Positions 1 through 27,332 are shown, numbered from the stretch's first letter. The stretch is 64,000 nt of DNA from Dictyostelium discoideum (GCA_000004695.1 CM000155.2:2656001-2720000), one strand, 5' to 3'. Made by a program: numbers and translations. The notes: generated by a model not told the origin, from the sequence alone.

Positions 1-2323
<2,323 letters not shown>

Positions 2324-2438
2324 ATTATTAATGTATATGTAAATAAATATATATAAATATATATCCTATTACATATACGAATATATGTAATATTAATTTA
2401 TTTATTTGTAATTATTATTTTTTGATTTTAACAATAAT

Positions 2439-2477
<39 letters not shown>

Positions 2478-2869
2478 AAAAAAAAACTTCCAAATTTAAA
2501 TTTTTTGGAGGGAAAATAATTATTTATTTTTGGAAAAAAAAAAAAAAAAAAATTAATTATAAATCATTAAGAACATTTCTTAGACTTTAAATTCTTATGG
2601 AAATTATTTATTATTAAATATCTTGATTAAATTTATTTTAAAAAAAAAAAAAAAAAAAAAATAGATAGATATCTTTAGAGGCCACTAAAAAAAAAAGTAA
2701 ATATTTTCGGAGGTCATATAAAAAAAAAAAAAAAAATTTAAAACCCAAATTATTATAATATTACTACAAAAATTTTAATTTACTTCCTCTTGTTCTTTTA
2801 TTTATAAATTTAACTAAAAAAATAACAAAAAAAAGGTTTATCCAAATTTTTTTTTTTTTTTTAATTTTT

Positions 2870-4323
2870 TCACTTCCATTTAGATATTTGAACCAATCTA
2901 TTTATTAATCTTAAATATTGTAAATCTTTTTCTAAATCTTTTCTTATTTCTAAATCATGATAATTCATTATTTTAAAAACATTACATGGTTGAACTAAAA
3001 TATATATATATATATAATTAGAATATTGATATCTTTTAATTTGAAATAATTATAATTATTATACATACCAGGTAATTCATAATTAGAAGTGACTAAACCT
3101 GCATATTCGGATGTTGAAACTTGATCAGAAAAAGTGATAGCTAAAATGGGAACAATACCCAAAGCAATTGATTCTTTCATTCTTTTTTCCATTTTTCTCA
3201 TTGTTTCAACACTGGTGAAACTTTTTATTGATACAACAAATAAGAATACATTAACTGAAAATTCTGGTTTAGGAATACTGCCAATATTAAATTTTTCATT
3301 AATTGCTAAATTATTATAAACTCTACCCTGAACTTTATATTTTAATTCTATATCACTATCACATAATCCCCACTATTTATAAAAAAAAAAAAAACCCATT
3401 GATTAGTTTTATTATAATTAAATAATTAAACAATTATAATAATAATTAACTTACAGTATCTACGAATGAAATATCAAAACCACTTAAAAATGAATTTGAA
3501 AATGGATCATTTGAATAATTTGAATCGATAATACTTTTAATTGATCTATAAGTGATACGATTAGTTGAGAAATAAGTGCTACCACCATGTTCTTCAGAGA
3601 AATTTTGTTGAATTGTAGAAGATAAATTGAAAAGATTAATTAAACCCATAATTAAAGAAGTTTTACCTGAAGAAGCACAACCTTCCAAACCAATGGTTAA
3701 ACGTTTATTTGGTTTTAAATCACCTAAATACCAACTGATATTTGGATACATATTACTGAAATAATTAACACCAATATCCAAAGTAAATTGTACATTTATA
3801 TTAAACATTGGCTGAAATGAACAACCTAAATTTCGTTGAAATTCATTAAAAGTTATTAATTGTTTATAATATGTACCTGTTGTTGAAGTTGTTGATGCAA
3901 TGATTGCTGCTGCTGCTGCTGATGTTATTGATGATGATGATGATGATGTTGTTGTTGTTGTAGTCATTGTTGAAGTATTTGTAATTGATGGATGAAGACT
4001 TAGTGTATTAGGTATTTCAATTGATTGAGAACCATAAAATTTATTTGTAAATATAATTTTCGTACCTTTTACAACATTATTTTGAATATCTTTTGGTGAA
4101 ACTATAACCATAATCTCCAAATTATCCTTAATTGGTGATAATGTTTGACTTGAAATTAAAAATGCTTCAATTCTAATTGGTAAATTATAAACTTCTCTAA
4201 AATGAATTTTAAATTGATAAAGTTTATTATTCTCCTGATGATTTGTTAATGAAATATTTGAATTAGAAGAGGATGATATCGGTATTGGTTGTGGTAATAT
4301 ATTTAAACTATTACTATTATTAC

Positions 4324-4380
<57 letters not shown>

Positions 4381-5389
4381 TAATACTATTATTATTTGTA
4401 CATTTTGTATTTTTATTATTTAAATTTGCTGATAATAATTCATTTGAAAAATTATTAAATGGTTTAATATCTTTACTTGAAATATTTTCATTTTCTTCTT
4501 TATTTTCTTCTTTATTTTCTTCTTTATTTTCTTCATTTTCTTCATCATCAGTATCTTCATCATTATCATTATCATTATTATTATTACTATTAATTAATAC
4601 ATTTTGATTTATTGAATAAATTGTTTTTAAAGTTGATTTTATATTATCAATAATATCATTTTTAAATGAGAGGGTAGTTTCTTTAAAAGGTTCATTATTA
4701 TTTTTATCTTTAATAATATTTAAAAGTTGATAATTATCTTTAAGTATTGATAAATGTTGTTTATTTGATTGATTATAAATTTGATCGATTGAGTAGTCTG
4801 TTATTTTAAAGATTGGTGGTATTGTTGGAGGTGATTGAGTGGTTGAATGTTTGGTAATGAGTGAATTGATTAATTGAACTTTATTATCTAATAAAGATTT
4901 GGTTTTTAAATATAGTTCTTCATTATCTGTAAATAGGGTTTCTAAAGTTCTTTTAATATCAAGCTCTAAAATTTGTAAAATTTGATGTAACTGTTTGAAT
5001 TTATCCGATAATTGATTCATATTACTTTGATGATTTAATTTAATTTTTTGGAATTGTTGTTCAACAATTTGTATTTTTTTTTTACTTTTTTCTTTAAATC
5101 TTTGAGATTTGTTATAAGTTTCATTTAAATCTTTTAATGTATTTTGTATCATTGATTTTGAAATTAATGAAAATGAGTGACCTTTATGTCCAATACTACA
5201 GATACAAACTAAACATACAGGAATTTTACAATCTTCACAAAAACTACAAATTTCACTATCACTATGTTCAAAACATTTTATATCAAATATTGTTGTTGGT
5301 ATTATTGTTGTTGTTGTGGTTGATGATGATGTTGTTGTAGTGGTAGTTGTCATCGTTTGTAATGGTGATTTTTGTGAATCATTTTCCAT
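2870..5389 (-). CDS. TRIM-like protein with a B-box zinc finger, a coiled coil and a poly-N linker, followed by a C-terminal dispersed P-loop GTPase-like domain. Three exons.
   Basis: Exons about 5389..3455, 3372..3069 and 2994..2870; donors GTAAGT and GTATGT, acceptors ATAAATAG and TTTTAG. Exon 2 shares the frame of track ORF 2995..3201. The first ATG is at 5389 (MENDSQKSPLQ...). B-box-like spacing: C-x2-H-x8-C-x2-C-x4-C-x2-C-x5-H-x2-H (CFEHSDSEICSFCEDCKIPVCLVCICSIGHKGH). P-loop G1 is LEGCASSGKTSLI, G3-like is FVDTVWG, and the protein ends ...RLVQISKWK*. Confidence 0.6.
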
Positions 5390-5842
5390 TATATTTTTAA
5401 AAACCAACTTTTGTTAATATATATATATAGATATTTTGTTTTGTTTTGTTTTGTTTATTATTAAATTTTTGTTGTGTTTTATTTTTTTTTTTTTTTTTTT
5501 TTTTTTTTCAACTCTTGTGTTGGCGGTTTGATGACATATTTTTTTATTTTTTTTTATTTTTTTTTTTTTTTTTAATTTTTTTTTTTTTTATTATTTTTTT
5601 TATTATTTTTTTTTTTTAGTTTTTTTTTTTCCTCTTTACATTTTTACATCTTTCAAGACAGTGTTGTTTTTTTTACTTTTTTTTTTTTTTTTTTTTTTAT
5701 ATATATATTAATAAATATGATTATGGTGATTGTGATTGACAAGCACCAAATAATTTCCCAAATTATTTATCTTGTGTTTTTTTAAAAAAGTAATAATTTA
5801 TTTATTTTTATTTATTTATTTATTTTCTTATTTTTTTCTTAT

Positions 5843-8745
5843 TTAGGCATTTGTTGTGTTATTAGTATTATTAATTGAGAAAGTTAATAAAGTTTTCATT
5901 GAATTTAAATATTCTTGTAATTCAGTGACTGATTTAATTGAATTTTCAGAAACATTTTTGGCAATTGATTGAGTATTTAAAGTTTCAAGAATAGTTGATT
6001 TGTTATTATCATCTTCAGTTAAAGATAATTTTGATAATGATTTTTCATTAATAATATTTGATAAATTTAAAGAATCATCAGAAAGTTTTTTAACTAATGT
6101 TTCTAAATCTGTGCGAATAGTAGTATGATATTCTTCTTTCTTCTTTGCTCTTTTACCTGGTAATGCAGAGTTCACTAATAATGCTATGAATGAGAACCAA
6201 GTGATTGGTTCAATAAAACTTGATACAACCATACGACTTGATCTAGATAAACTATTCAAACTATTACCTAAAACAACAGATTCTCTAATATTATCACTTA
6301 AAACTTTAACAATTTCAGTAATTTCATTATTAATTAATTCTAATAATTCTTTAACTTGTTTTAATTTCTCTTCATTAACTAAATATTTTATAAAAAATAA
6401 TAAAAATGAATTAATAATTATAAAAATTTTAATAATGATAATAATAATAATAATTTAAATACATTACATTCTTTTAATAAATTTAAAATTAAATTTAATA
6501 ATTTAAAATTATTTAAAGTTGAAATACGAGTTAAATTATCAATTTTATGAGAATTGATAGAATTTAATTTAGTTGTAGTTGATTCAAGTGAAATTAATAA
6601 TTGATTAAATTGATTTAAATCAATTGGTGATTGAGTTGAAATTAAATATAGAATATTTAAAATTTGTCTACGATAGGTTAATTGTAAAAGAAGAGTTGAT
6701 TTCTCTGTATTTTCAAAATAGAGTGAAGTGATACCTTGAATTTGATTTTCAACTTGTTTGATAGAGTCGGAATTAGAGGTGGTAGTTGGATTAAATTTAT
6801 CAAAGATAGTATTATCATGATTGAATGAAAGGGCATTCAATACTTCATTTGAACAATCGAAATTAATTGGATCAGTACTTGAGATTTGAGATTTACAAAT
6901 TTCAACGAATTGAGAGGCAGTGAAATTAGCATTTGGTAATTTTTTAAAACGAATTAACATGAAATTAAATAATTGTCTTTCAGTTTCGTAAACTGATTTT
7001 TGGAAAGAGTTGGCAACTTTAACTTGGAATTTTTGAATCTCTGTGATTTTACTGTAACAACCATTTTGATAACAAGCAGCAACATAATCAGCTGTCGATT
7101 CATTTTCATTGTAGAATTTAGCAGACTTTTCAAAAGCGTTAATTGCATTGGAGAAACAAGTTGGTTCACGAATAAATTGATCAGCGACTAAATGACCGAG
7201 TGTATCATATTGAATATTTTTAATGTTTAAAATTTTGAAATGATTACTTGCCAATTGATGTGCGCCCAATTCAAAGTATAATGAAAGAAGGTAAAGATTG
7301 AATTGATAGTTTTTGGTTGAAATGGAATGAGCAAACTCCAAGATAGCGGCACTTTCTAAAAGTAATGAAACTTGTTTGGTTTTTTCATATTGATCCATTA
7401 AGAGGAAATGACAAATTAAAATTAAATCATCACCTGGATAACGTTCAGATTCAATTGCCAATGGGAATTTCTTTGTATTGTATTGATATTCTTCAAGGAT
7501 TTCTTTAATGATTTTGATTGATTCTTCAATACTCATTTCCAATTGTAAACCTAAAACTCTGGATAACTTGTGATAATTTGAAAGTTGGCTAATATGATTA
7601 GCTTCATCTTTATCCAATGATACTAATTTATAAATACGATCCATAATTTCTTTACGTTGTTCAATGGATTTTTTAGTTTCAATAAATTGTAAATATTTCT
7701 TTAAATCTGAATAGAGTACTGGTTTTGTACCAAATTTAGTGAAATAATTTAAAATTAACTCTATGAATTTATTAAAGACTGGACCATCGATGTTTGCAGC
7801 AGGATTACCATTGGCGGTGGTGGTAGTTGTCAATAATCTATAGTAAATTTCAATCTCTGCTAATAATGGACCACGTAATAAATGTTTACTGGTTTGTTGT
7901 GATTGAATATTTTGAATGAATTGTTTGGCATCGTCAATCTTTGAGATATCATTGAGTGACCAAATGTTATCGAAATAACCCATATAGCATGACCATTCAT
8001 CCGGTTCATATTTTGTAAGGATTTCAGAGTAGTTATTGGCTGCTTCTTGATGATTACCCAACTTTTGATTAAGGTCACCTAAAATCTTTAAACGTTCAGT
8101 TGCAACATTATAAAGTTCACCCAATTTGCCTTTAATAAGGTTAAGATGTTCACTGGTTTTACCTTGAATATCCAATACGGTTTCATACATATAAAGATGT
8201 TCACTTGTTTTGATTTTACCTTCTTCTACTAATTTCTCTGCTAACTTTTGTGATAAACCAATAAAGAGTTGGTTTGAAGGGTTGTCATGAACCATCGATA
8301 AAATGGTCATTAAATACCAAAGACTATGTTGATGAGATGGGAAATTCTTTTGTAAATCTAGTATGACTTGTTGTTGTTGTTTATAATCTCTAACCTTTGC
8401 ATATGCTAAAAATAAACCTTCTGCTAGATTTTCGTTCTTTGGATAGGCTTTAACTGATGCTTCGTAAACTTTGGTCATTTTGTATCCTTGTTGAACTGAT
8501 TTATAAAAGTAATTTAAATTTGATAATAAAGTTTCATTATAGTGTCCAATGAATGCAACTTCATCTGCACATTTAATTGCCTCTTCATTTTCACCCAATT
8601 TAATTAATGTAATTGCTTTTAAAACTTTGACAATATTTGTATTTTCATCCTTCTTTTTTGTTAAAAGTGCATTACATAATTTTAATGATTGTTTATTATT
8701 ACCAGAATCTAAAGCTGAATAAATTCCACTTAATTTATTACTCAT
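5843..8745 (-). CDS. naa25: N-alpha-acetyltransferase 25, the NatB auxiliary subunit (Mdm20/NAA25 homologue). Two exons.
   Basis: Exon 1 runs 8745..6468 (track ORF 6418..8745) and exon 2 runs 6378..5843 (same frame as track ORF 5843..6259). Intron 6379..6467 has donor GTAATG and acceptor ATATTTAG. The N-terminus (SGIYSALDSGNNKQSLKLCNALLTKKKDENTNIVKVLKAITLIKLGENEEAIKCADEV...) aligns with the TPR-like N-terminus of NAA25/MDM20. Confidence 0.8.
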
Positions 8746-9566
8746 TTTATTTTAAATTGGATAATTGAAAAAAAAAAAAAAAAAAATGAAAAAAAAAAAA
8801 AAAATCATTTTTAAAAAAAATCCACAAAAAAAAAAAAAAAAAAAAAAAAAAAATGATCACAAAAACGTTCAATTTTGATTTTTGTTTTTATTTTTTTTTT
8901 TGACAAAAGACAAATTTTATTTTTGATTTTTTTTTTTTTTTTTTTAATAAAAAAATGATTTAATTATGAATTTAGTATTTATAAATAGATCACTAAAAAT
9001 GATATAAAATATTAAAAAAATGAATGTAATTATTCTGTTTTTTTTTTTATTTTTTTTTATTTCAAGACTTAGAGGATAAAAAAAAAAGATTCATAAATTC
9101 ATATAAAAAAGATTCATAAATTCATATAAAAATAAAAACTAAAAAAAAAAAAATAAAAATCAGAGAGGCCTTACAGTTAACATTATTTATCTAATTTATG
9201 ATTTTGCTGTTTGTTTAGCTTTGCTTCCAAATTTGTAATAAAAAAATTAAAATTGAAAAATTATGGGTTTATTATTTTTTTTTTTTTTTTAAGAAAAGCA
9301 CGTGGCTTTATTGAATCTTTCATTATTATTTTAATTTTCTTTAAATTGATTTATTAAAGTTGATTTACCAAAAGTTGCAGTTTTGGATTTTAATACTGAT
9401 CGTGCTCATTTCACACTTGGTTATTTTGCTGGTCAAAACAGGAGTTGTTGGATTTGTAAGCCCGGTGAATATAAAATGGTCATTGTTTAAAAAAAAAAAA
9501 AAAAATAATAATCCAAAGAACTTTTTTTAAATACAGGATATTATTTATTTTAAAAATTTTGATTAA

Positions 9567-14007
<4,441 letters not shown>

Positions 14008-14071
14008 TATTTATTTATAATATATTTTTTAAATTTTAAAAAATATATATATATTTTTTAATTACCACCCA

Positions 14072-14118
<47 letters not shown>

Positions 14119-14222
14119 TTTGCCTATCCAATTTTTAAAAATTTTCAAACCCCAAAGGTTTTAAATTTTTATTTTTATTCATTTAAATGGACAAGGACCT
14201 CATATAAATAAATAAATAAAAC

Positions 14223-14268
<46 letters not shown>

Positions 14269-14578
14269 TAATTTAAAAACACACCCACAAATTTGTAAAT
14301 GGATAAAAATAAATAATAAAATTGTGTTGAGTGGCTATCAGTTTAGTGGTATTTTTGTTTGAAAAAACTTTTTATGTTTTTTAAAAAAAAAATTTGTATA
14401 CAACAAAAATTAAATTATGTTTAAATGGGGCAGTTGTTTTTTTATTTATTATTAAATTTTACAATAAACTTAATGTTTATATTGTAATATTAAATTGAAA
14501 TTAGTTGACTTGGTTATAAAATTTTAATAAAAATATATAATAAAAAGAAAAGAAATAATATATTAATTTTAGTTTTTT

Positions 14579-19380
<4,802 letters not shown>

Positions 19381-20068
19381 CTTTTTTTCTTTTTTTTCTT
19401 TTTTTTCCAACAAAAATAAATATGAAATAAATAAAAATAAATGTAAAAATCTATTTTATTGTTATTATTTTAAGGGATAATTATTATAAAAAAAAATTTT
19501 GATTCTATTTTTTTATACGAAAAAAAAAAAAATAAAAAAAAAAATAAAAAAAAAAATAATAAAAAATAATAATTGTAATAAAAATAATTGAATATATATA
19601 TTATATATATTATACAATCAAAAAATCATTGTGTGAGTATAACCCCATTTAACCCATTTTTCAACTGTTTTTTTATTTTTTATTTTTTATTTTTTTTTTT
19701 GTAATTTACTTCACCCCAAAACAGTTCCTATTGCATTTATTTTGAAGCATATTCAGTAATTGTAAAGTGTAAAAAATTTTTAAATTTACAAATTTCCTTT
19801 TTTACCCAATAGAAAATTCTATTTTGTGTGTGTGAGTGTGCATATATATCTTTCCCCTAAAAAAAAAAAAATGAATTGTGTAATATGAGAGGTAAACAAA
19901 AATTGATAAAAAATAAAAAAAAAAATAAAAAAATAATTATTTTTATTTTTTTTTTTATTAAAATTTTTTCACGTTTTCCACCAATAATCGAACTTGTTCT
20001 GTGAAAATAATTATATGTAAATTTAATTGATTAATTAATTAAAAATAAATAAATAAAAAAATAAAAAA

Positions 20069-20278
20069 ATGATAAATAGAAAACCAACAAGAATTGAATT
20101 AAATATGGAAGATATTGAAGAGTATGAACAACTAAAAAAAGAACAAACTAATTCATATAAACAACAGCAACAACAACAACAACCAACTACAATTTCAACC
20201 CCAAAACAATACCCACTCTTAAACACTACCCAACCACCAAAGAAAACTACTGCCCAAATCATTGGTTATGATCAATAA
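20069..20278 (+). CDS. cdc26: Anaphase-promoting complex subunit Cdc26-like small protein of 69 aa.
   Basis: Track ORF 20069..20278. The N-terminus MINRKPTRIELNMEDIEEYEQLKK matches the conserved Cdc26 N-terminal motif ([20 protein letters not shown]...). An AT-rich promoter lies upstream and a (TAATTAATAA)n run lies downstream. Confidence 0.55.
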   Translation: MINRKPTRIELNMEDIEEYEQLKKEQTNSYKQQQQQQQPTTISTPKQYPLLNTTQPPKKTTAQIIGYDQ

Positions 20279-20499
20279 TTAATAATTAATAATTAATAAT
20301 TAATAATTAATAATTAATATATACAAAAAAAAAAAAAAAAAAAACATCATCCTAATAGATTAGATGCTTTTATTTTATATTATTTTAAAAAATATTTAAA
20401 TAAAATCCATATATAATGTAATATATTATTACCAAAATAAAAATAATAATAATTATCTTTTTTTTTTATTTGTTTAATTTTTTTTTTTTTTTTTTTTTT

Positions 20500-22038
20500 T
20501 CAAGCAAAATTCTTTTTAATAAAATTTCTAATTGGATCATTTCCTTCTTCTTTAACAACTAAAGTTTTTAAAGGATCATGAGACCAAATATAATAATCTT
20601 GTTCTTTTGCAAATTTTAATGTTGCAATATAACAATCATTTGTTGGAAATGAATTATAGAGTACAGATTTAGTATAAGTGATACGATTTCTTTCAGCTTC
20701 CCAAAGTAAGATTTGTTCAGCGACGACATCTGGTATTGGTTGACCAGAGTTGGCAGCATTTGGATGACTATTATGTCTAACAAAGTCAATGATTTGGTCA
20801 GCAGTTATACCATGAATCAAAGCGGTTCTAATACTCTCCCTCGTAATGATACCAACCGCTAAATTCGGTAACCTATATAACATCTTGACGAACAAACTCA
20901 ACAACGAGATTTGCAAAGAGGAAGAGGTGTATGCGTAAAGTCTGTAATTCGTCTCCAACACTATATAGCCCTGCTCCTTCTGAGTCTGAGTTCTCTCTGA
21001 CGAAATACTTTGTATCAACGACAACGTTTTACCAGTGGTCAATGAAATGATTAACCGAGTTGGATAAAACAGTATACTGCTATCAGTCCTCATATAAATC
21101 AAGCCAAACTGCTTCAATGCGAATAAATACTCTTTCTGCTGCTCAGACAATTCTGAAACTAAATAACCTCTACCCAAATTCAAAAATGATAACCTAAATA
21201 AAAAACTTAACAAATCATTTCTCGATCCGCTTCCTTTACCTTTCTTTTTCTCCAAATCATCCAAATAAACAATTAACAATGTCCAAATTTGTGTATAAAC
21301 ATCTTTTAATAAAAATTTAAACCCCTCTGATGTAATTGATAATCCATCACCCTCTTGTTTCGTTAAATTTGATGATAACAATAATTCCGATATTAACTTT
21401 GATGGTTGAACTGTATCATCCGATAAAAAATATAAAACTTTCTCCCATTGTGATTTTGAATATGAATCTAAATCATCAATACTTGGTGGTTTATGATTAT
21501 CTTTTATACTACTATTATTTGAAAATATTACTTGATTGCTTTAAAAAAATAAAAAAATAAATAAAAAAATTAGTAAATAATAATAAAAATAAAAAAATAA
21601 ATAATAAATAATAATTAAAATTTACACTTGAACTAATGACCTCTTTATATTATCTTGAAATAATGGATTTAATCTAATTGTTTGTTCAGTTTGTTGTTGT
21701 TGCTGTTGTTGTTGCTGTTGTTGTTGTGATGATGATTGTTGTGATGATTGTTGTTGTTGTGGTTGAATTGGTTTATTAATTTTATCTAAAAAGATAATTT
21801 TTAAATCAAATAATTTCTTTAATGATTCTTTATGTTGTTGTATTGATGCTTGTGTTGACCAATCCTTTGCTAAACTTAGAGGATAAGTATCAACTAATAA
21901 CATCTTTAATATATATTGTTTTGATCTTGGTGGTAATGATCTTAGAATTGCTTGACATGTCCATGGATCTTTATATAATTCTTCTAAATCTTTTGAATCT
22001 AAACTTGCTAAATATTGAAATACTTTTGAAAGTGTCAT
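20500..22038 (-). CDS. gtf2h4: General transcription factor IIH subunit 4 (TFIIH p52/Tfb2). Two exons.
   Basis: Exon 1 runs 22038..21641 from ATG at 22038 (MTLSKVFQYLASL..., p52 N-terminal domain; track ORF 21622..22068). Intron 21539..21640 has the weak donor GTCATT and acceptor TTTTTTAAAG. Exon 2 runs 21538..20500 (track ORF 20500..21381) and contains NLAVGIITRESIRTALIHGITADQIIDFVRHNSHP, typical of p52/Tfb2. Frames were checked against both track ORFs. Confidence 0.75.
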
Positions 22039-22104
22039 ATTTATCTCTCTCTCTTTTCCAAACCCCAATAAATAAATGAAAAATAAAAAAAATAAAAAAA
22101 AAAA

Positions 22105-22137
<33 letters not shown>

Positions 22138-22242
22138 TGAAAAAATAAAAATAAAAATAAAAATTGTTTTTTTTATGAATTTCATATGAAACCAAGAAAA
22201 TAGATTTTTTTTTTTTTTTTTAATTTTAATTTTTATTTTTTT

Positions 22243-24181
<1,939 letters not shown>

Positions 24182-24200
24182 TTATTATTTATGAAAATAC

Positions 24201-24338
<138 letters not shown>

Positions 24339-24685
24339 AAGAATCAAATGTTAAGAAAAAATTTCTTTTTAACCAATAAAAAAAAAAAAAAAAAAAAAAA
24401 AATGTTTATCAACTATTAAAATTAATTACAATATTTTTTTATTCCATACTTTCAAAAGTTTAAATTTTCCTATTTTTTTTTTTTTTTTTTTTTCCAAAGA
24501 TCTTCCACGCACGCAAGCAACAATTTCAAAAAAAAAAAAAAAAAAAATTAAAAAAAAAAAAAAAAAAAAAATTAAAAAAAAAAAAAAAAATTTTTGATTT
24601 TCACTTCATTATTAATTTTTTTTTTTTGACCATCAATTTGGGAAAATAAAAAAAAAAAAAAAAAAAAAAAAAAATAATAATAATA

Positions 24686-25061
24686 ATGAAAGTTTTAAAT
24701 AATTTATTATTATTTGTATTTTTAATATTCTTAGTTGGTTCAAATGTTGTTAATTCAACAAGCCAAACATGGATAAATCAAGATGTTCAACGTTCAATCG
24801 ATGTTACAACTCACCTCTCTAAAGAGAGTATCTCAATCAAAGCAAAATCATTAACCGATAAAAATGATATCTATCAAATTTCATTCAACTCTAAATATCA
24901 TGTTTCAATTCAAGCATTAGATTCTCAAAATAATGAATTAAAAGTTTATTTATCACCAAATTCAATCAATATTAAAGAAGGGTGAGTAAAAAAAAAAAAA
25001 AATAAAAAAAAAAAAAAAAATAAAAGATTTAAATATTAAATATCACACACCCACCCACACT

Positions 25062-25094
<33 letters not shown>

Positions 25095-26211
25095 CAGTAT
25101 TAATACTAATATTAAATAATTTAGATTTAAAACTTATAATATTGAATTAAAAAATAAAGTTAAAAAAGATGAAATTGTACAATTAAAAGTTAAAGTTACA
25201 TCAATGATTGAACAAATGATACCATATCCAAGTGAGATTAAACAAGGTCAAACTCAATTGGTATTATATTTGAATAATCATTACTTTACATCACCATACA
25301 AGACAGAGACACAAAAGACAACTGTTAAATTAGCATCAAGTAAGGTTGAATCTTACAGTGAGGAGCAACCAACCTCATTGAAGGGAATGACAGTCACCTA
25401 TGGTCCATACAGTGCAATTGAAGCATTCTCAGTAAGCCCAATGCGTATTCACTATGAGAATGGGTCACCATTTTTCGTACTCACCAATCTATTGAAAGAG
25501 TATGAAGTCTCACATTGGGGCAACCTCGCTGTGGAGACTCATTACCAATTGGAGAATAAGGGTGCCCATTTGGTAGGCGCATTCTCTCGTTTGGACTACC
25601 AACGTAACCCATCAGTAAACCCAAACCAAATCGCAGAGGTAAACGAAGCCGTGCCACTTTCAGCCACCGATTTCTACTATCGTGACTCGATTGGCAACAT
25701 TTCCACCTCCTCCTACCAATATCTCGCCAATCGTATCAACTTTAAGATTCAACCACGTTTCCCATTGATGGGTGGTTGGAAGAATACCTTTTACACTGGT
25801 TACAATCTCCCAATTGAGAAATTCCTCTCTGTCGATACCCTCACCGGTCAATATCATCTCAATGTTACCTTTGGTGTTGGTATTGACAATGTTTACGTTG
25901 AGAATCATATCTTGAAAGTCGTACTCCCAGAAGGTGCCACCGATATCAAAGTCCACGCTCCATTCGCTTTCACTCAATCTGAAGAAAATCGTAAAACTTA
26001 TCTCGACACCATCGGTCGTCCAGTTGTCGTCATCAACATCAAAGATACCGCCTCTGAAAACTATCGTTACATTCAAGTCACCTATAACCTCTCATCACTC
26101 TCTATCTTCCATGAACCATTATTAGTTATTGGTGCTGTCTTTACACTTTGTATTTTCATTATTTTATATTCACGTTTTGATTTATCAATTTCAAAATCAA
26201 AACAAATTTAA
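24686..26211 (+). CDS. Ribophorin I (OST1 subunit of oligosaccharyltransferase). Two exons.
   Basis: Exon 1 runs 24686..24981 (signal peptide [24 protein letters not shown], donor GTGAGT). Intron 24982..25124 contains (CA)n and (TA)n. Exon 2 runs 25125..26211 (track ORF 25204..26211) and ends in a C-terminal TM segment ([17 protein letters not shown]). Overall ribophorin I-like layout. Confidence 0.75.
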
Positions 26212-26287
26212 AATAAAATAAAAAATAATAAAAATAAAAAAAAAAAAAATAAAACTTATATATATAAAAAAAAAAGTTTATTTTATT

Positions 26288-26817
26288 TTATTGAATATAA
26301 TTATCTTTTCTAATAAAATCTCTATTTTGTTGTTTATAGGTTGTTTGAATTAAATTATAAAAAAATGTGTAATAGAATAAGAGATTATCATATTCACCAT
26401 TGTATTGATTATTATTTTGAGATAAATGAAATTCTTTGAAAAAGTAATAGATTGCTTCTATGGTTGCTAGATAACTGTCACCATGACGTTGGTGTCTCCA
26501 AAACATTGTTTTTTGCATATCGATCTTTACACATTTTATACCTTGTAATTTTGGATGTTTTAATATCTTTCTTGCATTATGCCATTGTGATTCAACGAAT
26601 AACACTTTCTTAATATTACTAAAATCAATATCCTTTACAAAACATGAATCTTCTGAAGGATATAACAATATAGTTTCATCTAAATTATAATCTGGTATTT
26701 CCTCTGGAAATTCTATAAATTTTACATCCTCATATGCTATAACTTTGGAATGAATTGCTGTACTTTTACTAATTAATTCGGTTGGATGATGAATACTTTA
26801 AATAAAAATAATTAGTA

Positions 26818-26905
<88 letters not shown>

Positions 26906-27203
26906 TTATTATAATTACTTACACATCAACATTTAAAGGTAATTTTAATTTTGGTGAGTTTTCAGGATCACCTAATGGTAAACAACAGTCATAACAAAAA
27001 TATTTTCTCTTTTTTTCACATTTTGTACAAATGGTTCTACTAATATCAATCATATGATCGAATGTATGTAATTTTAAATCTGATAACCATGATTGATCAT
27101 CTTTAACATTATCTAATACACCAACTGTTGATTTTAAATTATTATTTATATTACTTCCTTTTGGTTTTGGTTGTTCGTTTGAATCAACCTCTGTTTTTTT
27201 TAA

Positions 27204-27238
<35 letters not shown>

Positions 27239-27332
27239 TACTATTACTATTATTATTATTTGTAGTGGTATTTATAGTTGTTGTTTTTGTTTCTTCTTTT
27301 ATTGTAGTTGTTGGATTTTCAGGATTTTCCAT
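26288..27332 (-). CDS. DTW-domain protein (DTWD1-like tRNA-uridine aminocarboxypropyltransferase family). Two exons.
   Basis: Exon 1 runs 27332..26923 (track ORF 26919..27332) with the Cys motif CTKCEKKRKYFCYDCCLPLGDP. Intron 26796..26922 has donor GTAAGT and contains (ATT)n. Exon 2 runs 26795..26288 (track ORF 26288..26668) with the DTW-like core VESQWHNARKIL...MFWRHQ. Confidence 0.7.
26819..26895. repeat. (ATT)n microsatellite inside the intron of the DTW-domain gene.
   Basis: Direct read. Confidence 0.9.

Noticed and set aside
6186-8078. Several 60-90-aa ORFs (6186..6458+, 6954..7169-, 7000..7191+, 7860..8078-).
   Set aside because: All are nested in or antisense to the NAA25 coding exon and have no independent support.
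9088-9133. Direct tandem duplication of a 23-bp AT-rich unit (gattcataaattcatataaaaaa, two copies).
   Set aside because: It is too short and simple to call a mobile element or regulatory array; it is probably replication slippage in a promoter region.
14300-14345. GC-richer patch 'gttgagtggctatcagtttagtggtat' that superficially resembles a tRNA D-arm.
   Set aside because: It has no matching T-arm or acceptor stem within 90 nt.
21971-22195. 74-aa minus-strand ORF that is poly-Phe.
   Set aside because: It is a poly-A/T tract between gtf2h4 and rvb1.
25660-26076. 138-aa minus-strand ORF.
   Set aside because: It is antisense to the ribophorin I exon 2 and is Gly/Val-rich from the GC-richer antisense frame.
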